Source: Chara braunii
Taxonomy: Eukaryota; Plantae; Charophyceae
NCBI GenBank assembly: GCA_003427395.1
Contig: BFEA01000027.1
Location: forward strand, 3,077,181-3,141,180
Direction: 5' to 3'
Length of the DNA stretch: 64,000 nucleotides
Numbering within the stretch: position 1 is the stretch's first letter; the number at the start of each line of letters is the position of its first letter. Under the pieces are notes generated by a model. That model did not search any database. It was not told the DNA's origin and saw only the letters and a program-made list of their open reading frames with translations. A program made the translations under genes and the position numbers. Of this stretch, positions 25,301 to 38,986 are shown one piece after another.

Positions 25301-28300
25301 CTGTTACAGTGTCCCTTCGGCGCAGTCTGTTGAGTGTGGCTGAAGTGCAGGCCGTGCAGCAAGAGATGTTGGCTGCATTGATAACAGGCCAGAATGAAAT
25401 TATGGCTACGCTTAGAGCGCCTAGGCATATGGCCAGGCCAACGCCAGCTACTGTAGCTCCACCCATGGTGGCCAGGCCAGCGCCAGCTACTGTAGCTCCA
25501 CCCATGGTGGCCAGTCCATCAACGACGCTGCCACCCTTGAGAGGTCCCTTTGTTCCACAGTTTGGCATTAGTCCATCAAGCGGGTTAGTAGCAGGCAGCC
25601 CCTGGGACCACCTTCTTCGGGCAGCCGGCCTAAGGGTCAAGTGGAACAAGGACCACCCATATGGGTGAAACTTGGATTGGATTACGATGTGTGGCGTGAC
25701 CGTGTTGCTCGGGGCACATATCTGAATTGTGAATACTAAGGCCACACAATGAGTCGCTGCAAGAGCAAGCGAGTCAGAGAATTAATGGTTACAAAAGGAC
25801 CCTAGAGACTCCTGGAGGAGAATCCTTGGAGTTAGAGAATGAATGGTTAGAAAAGGACCCTAGAGACTCCTGAGTGATGTTAACAAAAGGTCCAAAGGGT
25901 GAATATTTCATGGTAGGAGTCGATGTAGGTGGCCGAAAAGTTGGGGCCTTTGCAGACATAGGTTCTACGCAAATTTCATCAGTCGTGCTTGTGTGTATAG
26001 GCTTCATTCAGGGGACCAAGTGCAGCAGCTTCGCAAGTTGTAGCATCTACCTTGGCCAACAAGCACTCTATGGTAGTCAAGGACATAGTTTGTACCTCTT
26101 CCTATGGAGGAGGGGAACTGAGACATAAGATCTCGTTCCTGGTTAGCGATGAGCTGCCTTCCGATATGCTGTTAGGTATGTACTACCTCGAGGTTGTTAA
26201 GCCTCAGTTTGATTGGGATAGGAAGGTGATGATGTACAAGTTGCCAAATGGGAGGACCGTTAGACTGCAGAAGTACAAAGCAACCAGCCTAGTCGAGTCC
26301 TATGGTTGCATGTGTGCCTCAACTTTCTATAATTATTAGAGGATGCTACCTTCCCGGTGACTCGCTTGCTCTTGCAGCGACTCATTGTGTGCCCATAGTT
26401 GCATAATTATTAGAGGATGCTACCTTCCCGGTGAGTCCTATGGTTGCTTGTGCGCCTCAACTTTCTATAATTATTAGAGGATGCTACCTTCCCGGTGAGT
26501 ACTATGGTTGCATGTGCGCCTCAACTTTCTATAATTATTACAAGCAGAATCGCGAGGAGGGTATCTATCTAATCTTTGTCTCTGAAAAAGGGGAGGCCGT
26601 AGAAACACCCCCAGAGATAGAAGCAATATCCATCCTTTTTTTAGGAGCCTTGGGGCATAGTCAAGAGGGAGATTCTCCGCGCAATTGAAGTCATTCTAGG
26701 TAGCAAGGTACCTAGAGGACGGATATGTAGGATGTCTCCCTAACTTCGCCGACAGCTCATAGAGCTCACAGAGAAGGGCTGGATCTGGCCTAGTACCTCC
26801 CCTTATGGTGCACCAGTTCTATTTGTTCCTAAGGAAAGGTGTACCTTGAGGATGTGAATTGACTATCGGGGCCTCAATGCCATAACAGTTAAGAACACAG
26901 AGCTCCTACCCCACATCACGACCTCTTGGCTAGACTGCAGGGATGTAGGTACTTTGTAAGATAGATCTAAAGTTTGGATACCATCAGATTTCCAGAAGGC
27001 TTGAGGATCAACACAAAACTGCCTTTCAAACCAGGTATGGTCTGTACGCGTTTGTGGTGATGCCTTTCGATCTTTGCAATGCTCATGGGACATTCCATCA
27101 CGCGATGAAAGTTTAGCGACATGTACCTCAACTACCTCAACAACATCCTTACCTTTAGTAGGACTGTAGAGAAGCACTTTGAGCACGTGAAGATAGTGCT
27201 AGGGCTCCTAAGACAACACCAGTACAAGGTCAACTTGGAAAAATGTGAGTTTGGTCGCACCAAGATCTTGTACCTCGGTCATGAAATTTCAGTGGATGAC
27301 GCCAAGAAGTATGTTGAGACTTGTCAGGTTTGTCAGTGTGACAAGCCACGGACGCAGGCACCGCTAGTGCTTATCAAGCCCTAACCTATTCCTGCAGGTC
27401 CAGGCAGGAGTGTTTTCGTGGACTTCATGGATACTCTCGTTACCAGCAAGAGCGATAAACGGCACACCTTCGTCATTGTGGACAGATTCAGCAAGTATGG
27501 TAGACTGATCGCTATGCCAGAGACTGTTAAGACTCACTACCTGATCAAGCTGTTTATGGATAACTCGGTACATGACTTCGGTCTACCAAAGTACCATTGT
27601 TAGTGACAGGGATGTCATGTTCACTACCGAGCTGTGGCAAAGTGCGACCAAGCAGATGGGAACCCAATTGCAGATGACATCAGGGAATCAACCTGAGTCC
27701 AATGGCCAAGCTGAGCAAATGAACCATGTAGTACAGCATTCCGGCGTTACATCAAGCCAACCAACATGACTGGGATGAGAAGTTACCTCTCATCGCCAGC
27801 CTATACAACAACGCTATGCACATGATTTCACTGCTTTGGTTCTCATTCGGTGTAATATCAGTGCATTTCTGCTTTCTGGACAGAGTTTCGGCTATCTTGC
27901 TTTCAATATGGTTTTGCAATCTGGAATTCTGTCATTCCGCTACTGCTCATTTTCAAGGCAGAGGGCAAGGAGGAAGCAGAAGGGCGCGACCATGTGGGCG
28001 AAGAGCAGAGAAGCAGGGAAGAGAGGGAGGAAAAAGAAGGGGCAGAGTAGAAAATGAAAAGGAATGAGGACGATCTATAGGTGTGCATGTTTTGTGTCTG
28101 CGAGATACAGAGAGTGACAGCAATGGACTGTACGAGGGGCTTCAAGTTGCCCAATACTGCCAATACTGTGAAGTTGGACACAGCATAGGGCCACATGAGA
28201 AAAAAAGGCAAAAAGAGGCCTCCTTTGGGGGTCAGAAGGAAACATCATGCCATAGAAAATTCTTCTCGCTGGTGAAAGGCTCATACCTGAGAGGGCTCTT

Positions 28301-29342
28301 AAACCACCAGTTCACACGAACCTAAATTGCCGAACCAAAAGTTGCACTTTTCCGAGGCTGACTGCTACAGTGACAGGCTGAAAAGAAAATTATTGGGGTA
28401 CCGGTACCAGCCTACATTGAAATAGAGTATTGTACCTCGTGCCAGCAGATGGCACCAAAGAGATTAGCAACAAAAAAAAAAAATAAAAAAAATCCAGATC
28501 AATGATGAACAAAGGCCGTTGTTGTTCATGACAGTAACAGAAAAGAGATGCAGGGGAAGGCATCTGACCTAGGGCATACTCACAGTAGTGCTGTCCAGAA
28601 TGTATCTGACCACTATCACGACCAAATGATTGGTCTTTTTTTCTCCTCCTCTCTTTTAGTGCCTGCCAGCAAGGCAGACTTTTTCCACGTTCTCAGGAAA
28701 GGCACTCACTGAGGGCATACTCACACTACTACTTTCCAGAATGTATATGACCACTATCCTGTCCATATATTCCATTCCTTTTTCCTTTTTTTTTCCTTTT
28801 ACTTCTTTCCTCCTATTCACATTTGCAGGAATGCCCTCACTCAGTGGCGTATTAGGTTCGTGAATGTATCCGATGGATATTATCATATTACGTCCACATG
28901 GGTCTTTGTTTTCTTTTTGGGAAAATTTTTGAAATGCCCCTGAAGTTTGCATGAATTTGCGATTTGCCCCTCCGACGGCCGACTTACCTTGATTTGCCCC
29001 TGGGCCTCTGAACTTTCGAACAGACCCCTGTCAGTGAGGGGCACAACTTTTTGGAAGGCCCCTACGGGACCGGCGGTCCTGTTTCCCCTGCTGCCTGTCC
29101 GATTTGCCCTTCTGTGGGGGATGCATCTTCCTGAGATGCCCTCCAGGGGGGAGGCGCTAAGAATTTGAATTCCAAACCCATACTTTTCCAAGTCGCCGCA
29201 CAAAAAAAAAGGCTGCACACCATGTCGTGTCCGCTGCTGCAATCCACCGTGTAGTGCATTCTTCAGCTACTGCGACCCTCCGCCGCCTTGGACGTCCGCA
29301 GAGTACGCTGGCTAAGGTCAGTGTTCCTCCCCCTGTTCCATG

Positions 29343-29397
<55 letters not shown>

Positions 29398-32300
29398 NNN
29401 NNNNNNNNNNNNNNNNNNNNNNNNNNNNNNNNNNNNNNNNNNNNNNNNNNNNNNNNNNNNNNNNNNNNNNNNNNNNNNNNNNNNNNNNNNNNNNNNNNNN
29501 NNNNNNNNNNNNNNNNNNNNNNNNNNNNNNNNNNNNNNNNNNNNNNNNNNNNNNNNNNNNNNNNNNNNNNNNNNNNNNNNNNNNNNNNNNNNNNNNNNNN
29601 NNNNNNNNNNNNNNNNNNNNNNNNNNNNNNNNNNNNNNNNNNNNNNNNNNNNNNNNNNNNNNNNNNNNNNNNNNNNNNNNNNNNNNNNNNNNNNNNNNNN
29701 NNNNNNNNNNNNNNNNNNNNNNNNNNNNNNNNNNNNNNNNNNNNNNNNNNNNNNNNNNNNNNNNNNNNNNNNNNNNNNNNNNNNNNNNNNNNNNNNNNNN
29801 NNNNNNNNNNNNNNNNNNNNNNNNNNNNNNNNNNNNNNNNNNNNNNNNNNNNNNNNNNNNNNCGGTGAAAGTCCGACGAAACAGTCTCCCAGGGCCAGGG
29901 GAACAGCCGCTACTGCCATCAACGACCAGAAGGGCATACCTAAGAGATGTACAGTACCAGTAGGGGCATATGGAAAATTCTTGTGCCTGTACTGAACGGC
30001 TATCCGGTAGGGGCAAACTGGAAATTTGGTGCGGGTACCGGTAGGGGCATATTAAAAATGTCTCAGGCCCAAACGACGCCAGGGGTTTTTTGGAAACTTG
30101 AATGACTGTCAGAGGGGCAAATCAGGGTAAGTCGGCCGTCGGAGGGGTAAATCGCAAATAAACACAAACTTCGGGGGCATTTCAAAAATTTTCCCTTTCT
30201 TTTTTTGTTTTGTTTTGTTTCTTTCTAAGAGGAGTGCCCTGCCAGCGACGCAGGACGTCTGAGTAAATAGTGCAGTCAAGCCCAGTCTCTCGTTTGTTTT
30301 CTTTATTTTTTTTGCTATTTCGCTTTCAATCGATTTTTTTTGGGCCCACCATCCTTTTCCCTCCGAGCCTGCACCGTGCCGGATCACTGTTCATCTTGCC
30401 ACGGTCACAGTGTACTGCGTTTTGGTGAATAGTAGGGGTCCGTGAGCTGGGGGGTTAAATGCCTTCCTAAACCTTTTTTACATCTTGCAACCAAGCCTAT
30501 GTGGAAAGGTTGTGAATCCAACTCGCCATTGAAGAGCTACAGCGGGCGACCAGTACTTCCACTCTGGTTGTTTCTTTTTTTCCCTTCTTTTTGTCCTTTC
30601 TGTCCAAAAGGAAAAAGGGGGAAAAAAACGCAGTGGTTTACAGTCAAGCGAATTCCAAGACTCCAGTCCGATGTGTCCAACTGGGGACGTAATTGCGGCC
30701 AGAAGTGCTAGTTTTAGTATGGCCTGAGTTGGGGCCTTGCCCCACCACTCACCACATGCTGCTCAAAACACACAAATTATGGCGGTGGATCTTTTAAACC
30801 GCCCGCACCTTTCCCAGATTGAAAAACAAATACACGGCTTGTTAACCAACGCAGCTTTTGGGGCCAGGCCGCCCTTGATAAATTTCGTCGGCGGCTCGTT
30901 TTGCGTTTCAGGCCTCCGAAAGTTGCAGTGAGGGGCCCGCATCCAATATATGGGAAAGGTATTGGGGGGTTTATGTTCTAGCACAAGAATGCTTTCTAAT
31001 TTTGCACATCTGGTGAGCTGTGCAGCGAGGATCTAGGCCCAACACGGTCGTAGAGGCTGGCAGGACATTCTGCCATATGTACTTCTGTACTTCTTTTTTC
31101 TTTTTTTCTACAACTGATCATTTCGTTTGTCTTTTCTGTTTCTACCAAGCTCTGGAAGGGATTGACGTCAGATGAATTCAGGTGGGACTGTAATTGCGGT
31201 CACAGACATTGAGGGAAGTGCTAGTGTTTTGTGACCTGTGTAGGCCCAATGCACGTAGGTAGGCAAGATTATCAGCTATATCTAGTTTCCTTTCTTTTGC
31301 AGAACTGCTCATTCATTTCTCGTCTTTCCTGATTTTACTAAGTCCTGGACGCAATTGAGGTCAGATGCATCCAGGTACCGCCGTACTTGCAGTTCGATTT
31401 GTTTGGGAAAGTGCTCACTTGAGAGTATACTCACACTTGGGCCTTATAGCTGCAGAATCACAAAATGGGAGCCCAGATCAAGTCCTTTTTCACACGAACT
31501 CAATCAGGCCGCTGATTTTGCGATTCTGCATTTATGAGGGGCCTAGTGTGAGTATGCCCGGCGTTGCCAAAAGCAACCATGTACGTGGGCGACCTGTGTA
31601 CCGGCTGCGTTTTGCTTTTTTGGTCCCATTTTTTTCCGTTTCTTTCACAACTGTTCATCTTTTCCTGTCTTTTTGTTTTCTGTTTTGTGGTGGTGGTCCG
31701 TGCTGCCGTCACTGTTACTACCAACCACCACCACCACTCTGGACGTGCGGCGACCCACTCTTGACCCACCATCTCCCGGGCCTGCACAGGCCCCCCTTAA
31801 GTTCAGGGAGTGGTCAATAATTGCCTGGGCAGGGCACTCGTGGTACAAGTTTAAAGGCTACTAGAGTCGCATATATCTTTTATTCAAAATAACTTCTTTT
31901 AAGGTCTCAGTTGTTTCAATGTTCTCCCCCACATTATAACCACCGTTTTCCCCCAAAGTTTCTTCCCCCATACTCAACTCCCCTCTCCATGTCTCCCTTG
32001 TCACCGAATCTTGCCATGCAGCTTCCCCCCACTTCTCCTTCTCATGCCAGCACATGTCAGTCCGCCGGGGAACATTTACCCACTTGTCCAGCTGTTTTCA
32101 GACTCCAAAAATCACAACTGCGAGGGCATACTCCCTCTACAACATTTTCACTTTGGAATGCGCAACTACCGTCTTCACCCGAAAATAATGCCTGGGCGGT
32201 ATATTCAACTTACCCTGAAAATATGAGATTTTCGTTTTTACTCACTTTTTTTACAATAGAACGCCCCTTTGAATAGAACGCCCGGGCATTATACTCGTAT

Positions 32301-35300
32301 GTTCCATGGGAAGAGTGCCTTGAAGAGGTAGTATACATGGGTTTTAAAGGGCGGGGAAAAGGGGGTATCCATGGGTTTCGTACAGGGTTGAATGGGGTTT
32401 TGACTTCCAAGGGGTATATTTCAGCTTGATTTTTTGTTTTTATTTTTTTATTTCCGAGTTTATAAGGAATTCTGAAGTGGCCCTCAGCCAAAAGTTGGTC
32501 GCATTACAATCCTGGACAACTTTTTTTTTCTCAGAATTTTTTGAATTTAATTCTTTTCGGAATTGTGAGGCCTCACCGAAGTTACCACAAATTTACTGAA
32601 TATAACGCCCAGGTATTATAAACGAATATAACGCCCGGGTGTTATTTTCGGGTGAAGACGGTAGTGCAGCGAAGCCAGACATACGTGGATGCCAGGCCAC
32701 CAAAAGTAGTACTCCCTGACAAATGTCAGCAGCCTGCCAAGCTGCGGGAGGACACATTCTACAGGCACCTTGTGCCCAGAAAAGCTTCTTCTGCTTTTTT
32801 TATTACCAGACGAACACGGGAGGATATTGTCGAAGTGAAAAGAGGGACTTTGGGCAACCGCATCATCTGCGAAGTCTCCAAATGCGACTGCGTCACTACT
32901 TTCTTTCCTAGATGCACCACCTGTATACAGCAAACGTAATCTCCACCAACACAACACCCACAGATTTTGTGAGATTAGGTTCTAGTGAGAGTACACCCCG
33001 AGCATCTTTGCATTCGCAACAATGCTCTCGCGATCTTTCAAAAATTTGTGAATGCCAGAACTGTTAGCTGGCCCTAAATGAGTACCAGTTTGGACCTCAA
33101 AGGGCTCATTTTACACGGAAGGGGGAAGGGGGAGGACGTGAAGTGTCACACTGTACAAGAAAAAAATGACAACAAACCTTGTAGAACTCCACTCTTTCTT
33201 GCCACTTCTTCACGTCGTGTTGAAATGCCGCAGCACTTTCATCCTTTGACTCCAGAATCCGCGGTGGTATAGCATTTAGCCTTTCACTCCATTGTCGCAG
33301 AGGTGTGCTTACATAATTATCTGGGAATGGTGTTACGCAAGGCTCCATTGGCACATACCTGTTTGGACAAAAGTAAAGCAGAAGCAAGCACAATAAAACA
33401 CGAAAGATATCAATGCCCACCAACCTGGGACTAGTAAAAATTGGACTCGCATCACAGCGAAGCACCCTGAACAGTTCCATGCCCACGACACACGGATCAG
33501 GCACCTCGCTCGAAAATGCCATCGCGTCACCGATACGTACAGATACCCAAACAACTCACAAAAGCCTTTTCACTCATCTCATGACATTCTACCCATGTAA
33601 AATGCCTCCATGAGTGACAGCCAGGAAGTCCAGCTGCAAGTAGGGGCAGGTTAATGGTAGCCATGAGGTGAGACCGGCTATGATGGCAGTGCACAAATGA
33701 TGGCAACCAGGAATCCAGCGAGTCCAATGACAAACAAAAACAATCTCAGATGTGACACTGCAAGCAATAACGAATTGCGATTGCAACCGTAAGGACTCCT
33801 ACTATTACTTTCCCAACTAAAATTAGAGCAGCCGAGTTCCCATACGTTTGCTCCCGCTTAGATTTTGTGGACCCCACCCACGACCAATAACACACCCATC
33901 CAAGGTACCCCTCACTCGCAGCGCACAAGTACATACGTGTGGAGGGGAACATACCACGCATCATCAGCAGGGTACGCTTCTGTATCGCAGATGGCTGGCT
34001 GAGAACCGTCCTGTTTCTTCTGATTATGGCATTCATTAGTTGTTGGCTTCTGCCAGATCGCAAAGTCCCCCTCCAGTTTGTACAGCGTAAAGCACAAACT
34101 CTTCATCGTATCCCTTAGCTTCTCAAGATCCTGTCGTTGTTCTTCCTCCGTGGTTTCCCACCCTCTCCACCTTTGTTGGTAATTCACAGGAGGCCCAGAA
34201 AGGACCCAGAATCCTCCAGGCCGAAGGATGCGCGCAATCTCCGTCAAATACAGNCCACCTACACATTCAGCCACATANNATCCAGGAAATAACGCNNNTG
34301 GTNTAGTTACCCCAATGCCATGAACTTCCATAGCGAAGGCCCTGNACGACNCAACTGAGAATGCNGTATATAGAACACGAAATGNCTGCAAACAGTCCCC
34401 ATGAATACGCAAATCACAGCGGAATTCGCATGCAAATAATACTAACACACCAGCCTACACAAAAATTCATGGAAAATGAACAGCTTTGTGATCGACAGAC
34501 ACAACCAGAATTCACCACGGTTCTCTACTCCGTTCGCTTTCCTTCGCATGACAGCGGCCAGCCAAAAACGAAAACAAGCAAAAACGCTGCACTGGCGTTC
34601 TGGCACATCGTGGGGCACAAGGGAAATCCACCTCGTACAGACGAGGCTCGGATGTGCTGCTAGTTTAAGATACCGTCTAGTTCATCCTGATTTGAACTGA
34701 GGGCATTGTTTCAACGGTTCACGGGTATACCAACTGAGTTAGGCTCTGCTCCACTAGATTCCACACACAAAAACAAAACACAAGAAAAAAAAGTAGACAA
34801 AAACGGAAACAAAACGAACAGGCAGGCCGCCAAGGCCAACCTGCCTGTCCTTTTGTCATACACTACCACTTCATATTCGCCAACTCGCTGTACCGGTAAA
34901 AAAACACCCTGTATAGGGAGGTGACGAGGGGGCATGCCGAGAATTTCAATGACAAATCGGCCATGAGCTCTGGGCACCTGGTCGACTAATTCTCGTCCTA
35001 CAGCCTACACAAAAATTCATGGTCAATGAACAACTTTGTAATATCGACAGACACAGAACCAGAGTTCACCCCGACTCTGACTCTCTCCTCTGTTTGCTTT
35101 CCTTCGAATGACAGCCGCCTCAAGGTCACAAAGGGGCATGCCGAGCATTTCAATGATAAATCCACCATGAAGTCTGGAGACCTGGCGCCAATAATTATGT
35201 TCCTGCGCGAGAGCAAATAGACAGCGGCAGTACTGCGTGATGAGATGCAGGAACGAATAGGATGACCACAGTTTTCTACACATGCTAGACAAGAATGTAC

Positions 35301-36085
35301 GGAGATCACCCACCATTGGCTGACCACGGGATAAGGCATCTGCTGCAGTGTGCCATATCGAAAGCTCTGCTCGGGTATGGCAGCCTTTGAGTGGCGATTA
35401 CGCCGAGCATAGCTGGAATACCCCGCTCAAGAGCAAACTGGATCTGTGCCTCATGGTTATCTTTTGGTGCAAAAGACAAAGGAAGCACACCCCTGTGCAG
35501 CAAATCCCCACCCCAGCTGGCGACCTGCAAGCAGCCAAGAAACATTCAGGCGAATCCGAGAAGGTCATCAGGATCGTCAGCGGTTGGCAAACAATCAATA
35601 ATCGATCACAAAGAAGGATCCCAAAAGCTGAAAGAATTCGTCAGTCCCACGTGAAGAGAGGGTGATACACAGAGAGAGAGTGAGAAGCTTAGGCCTATGT
35701 GTGTGAGTGTGAGAGAGAGGGAGAGAGACAGAGTGCTGTTGTTCGGGGGGGAGGGGAACGACCAAAGCTTAGCTGTCTACAAAATCGTCCACTGCAGTTC
35801 GACAAAATACAAGCACCATCTCGTGCAGGACTTCTTTTTCCCCATTTTAAACCAAATCATTTCTTTTCATTCTGGTGCAGGAATTTTAAGTAGAACGGTA
35901 GAACCACATGAAGTACAAATGATTTTTCGACGAAAGAAGGAAAAGACACAATCAATGGACAAGGGGAAATCAAAGCACAGCATTCCGTAGATGGGGATTT
36001 ATCCCAAAGTACACATCTTCTAGTTCGCGAGCGGACAAAATACACACTTGAAACCTGTGTAGCATGGCATTCGTGTTCACATGCG

Positions 36086-36169
<84 letters not shown>

Positions 36170-38944
36170 NNNNNNNNNNNNNNNNNNNNNNNNNNNNNNN
36201 NNNNNNNNNNNNNNNNNNNNNNNNNNNNNNNNNNNNNNNNNNNNNNNNNNNNNNNNNNNNNNNNNNNNNNNNNNNNNNNNNNNNNNNNNNNNNNNNNNNN
36301 NNNNNNNNNNNNNNNNNNNNNNNNNNNNNNNNNNNNNNNNNNNNNNNNNNNNNNNNNNNNNNNNNNNNNNNNNNNNNNNNNNNNNNNNNNNNNNNNNNNN
36401 NNNNNNNNNNNNNNNNNNNNNNNNNNNNNNNNNNNNNNNNNNNNNNNNNNNNNNNNNNNNNNNNNNNNNNNNNNNNNNNNNNNNNNNNNNNNNNNNNNNN
36501 NNNNNNNNNNNNNNNNNNNNNNNNNNNNNNNNNNNNNNNNNNNNNNNNNNNNNNNNNNNNNNNNNNNNNNNNNNNNNNNNNNNNNNNNNNNNNNNNNNNN
36601 NNNNNNNNNNNNNNNNNNNNNNNNNNNNNNNNNNNNNNNNNNNNNNNNNNNNNNNNNNNNNNNNNNNNNNNNNNNNNNNNNNNNNNNNNNNNNNNNNNNN
36701 NNNNGCAGCCACGACCACAACGCACGGAATTAGCGGGATTGACTATGTTGTATTACACCTGAGGCAGCCACGACCACAACGCACGGAATTAGCGGGATTG
36801 ACTATGTTGTATTACACCTGAGGTAAACACCAAATTGCCCCTGGTCAAGGCCACAAACACCTAAACGTTTAGAAATGGTTGATATCAGGAGAACAAAGAG
36901 ACAGACATCAAATCCTTGTTCACCTTTATACGCAACCGAGGGCCGATCGCACATCATCAACCAAAGTGCAAACATTACGAGTTTCAGCAAGCCAGCAAAG
37001 AAGATTGCGGTCCTGAAACCATTCTCCTTTCATCCTCCGTCCTTGCCGTTTTTGTTATCTCAGGACTATTTTATAACATTGATTGAACATTGCCTGGTTA
37101 GCCACAGTCGACAACCTGCACATACGCTAGCACGCACACACACACACACACAACACACACACACACACACACGCACAAACAAACACACCCTTTCTGGAAG
37201 GCGGCACTACCTCCCAGCAGCGTGTCAGGAGATACTATCAATGCATAGATTCATGTGCTCGGCTGGTTTACTTTCACAACCGTGCAGTCTTCTGTTCCCC
37301 CATCCAACCTATTTGCCTATGGTAAAGGATAAAAAAAGAAGAAACCCATCTACCAATTCACCCCCCAATCCATCCATTCAGTCATCCACTCATCCACCTC
37401 GCTTCCACTCACTTGATGACCCACGCACCTGCACTATGCATCCAGAATCCACCCAAGCACACATCCATCCCCCATACCTACACCTCCTAGATCAAGCAGT
37501 CGTTTCGAAAACAAGAGTGAAAAAAAAAAAAAGATAACGGATTGGTGGAGGAGTAGCCGCCTCATGGAAGAACGGCGAGGCTACAGGCAAATGCTTACTA
37601 ACCTGTACCAGGTCGTGTTAAGGCTCTCTGGCCATCTGATTGGGTCCTTGTAATCCGGTGGGGGGGGCACTAAACACTGCAACCGGTCCTGCTTGGGGGG
37701 GCAATGCCTCTCCCTCGCCGCATATCCCTTCGTATTTCCAGCATGCTTTGACCATCTCTGTGGACAGGAAGCGCCCACCACCGCACACCCAACAGTATGC
37801 CACATGACAACACAACACATGGAAAACAATCACCACCATCCGAGTAAGAGACCTGCATAACTAGAAAAACGAAAATAATCACCACCATCCGAGTAAAAGA
37901 ACCCAGTATAACAAGTACATTAAAGTGAGATGCACAACTCCCCATCATCAGCAAGCAACAAAACAAGACAGTCAAGTAAGACGCCTTGCCCGCACAAGGC
38001 TCTCACAGGTTTCGAAATTCCACTGCAGCCGTCCGTGCACCTGAACACCTTCCGGATCCTATTGCCTATCATGCACCTGGCCATCTCGCCATTTAGGTTC
38101 ACTCCCGCATACTAGGCTGCAGTAGACAATTTCACAACTTCCAAAAGGGGGGTCCAGTCAATTCATCCACAAAATACATGACAATCGATATCCTATGATA
38201 GACTCCTCGAAAGAGAGAGAGGGAGGGAGGGAGAGGGAGGGAGAGGGAGGAAGAGGGAGGCAGAGGGAGGAAACGCGAGGGAGAGGGAGGGAGAGGGAGG
38301 GAGAGGGAGGGAGAGGGAGGGAGGACAGACGGGCAGAGAGACGTTTAACACAGACGAAAACACAGACAGAGACAGAGACAGAGACAAAAGGATAATGTTC
38401 GCATCATTGTTTGACAAAAAACAGTAGATAATGTTTGCATTTCGTTGCTTCGTGTAAGGGGGGGGAAGGGTAGGATCCCCATTGGATTGCACGATTTGGA
38501 CGAGTTGATTTGTGTGCGTGCATCTGTGCACGCATCTGTTTTAAACAGCCATCATAACAGAAACTAGTATTCCAATCAGATGCATAAAGATCATAATACA
38601 GTAATTGAAACATTCCCGCTCACGTTCAAATGATTGTCCCAACTTCGGGAAGGCTGCTGTTTCACTGCTGCAATTTTCAGTGATGCAAAGCTACCGGTAC
38701 TTATATTTCAGTGCAAGATCCCTCCCTACACACCCATCCGCATTTCAAAACACTTAGCACCCTATCTTCTGTCTGTTCTCGCAGTGATCCTCATTTGTTG
38801 TGTCTGTGCGCACGTGCATGCGTATTGTCACGTTCCACAAATGCAAATCCGCCACCTCCACCACAAAAAAGCATGAGTTCGACATATTTCACCGAACCAC
38901 TGTGGATGTATGCATGTTCTTGTGTGTGTATGCGTGTGTGTGTC

Positions 38945-38986
<42 letters not shown>

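Larger units (their letters stand above)
22579..27955 (+). mobile_element. Decayed Ty3/Gypsy LTR retrotransposon in an 11-kb PMT intron
   Basis: LTR ending ...GTTACA (23572) followed by PBS; gag, protease, RT, integrase in Gypsy order; last ~130 bp of the LTR repeated at 27824-27955. Confidence 0.9.
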
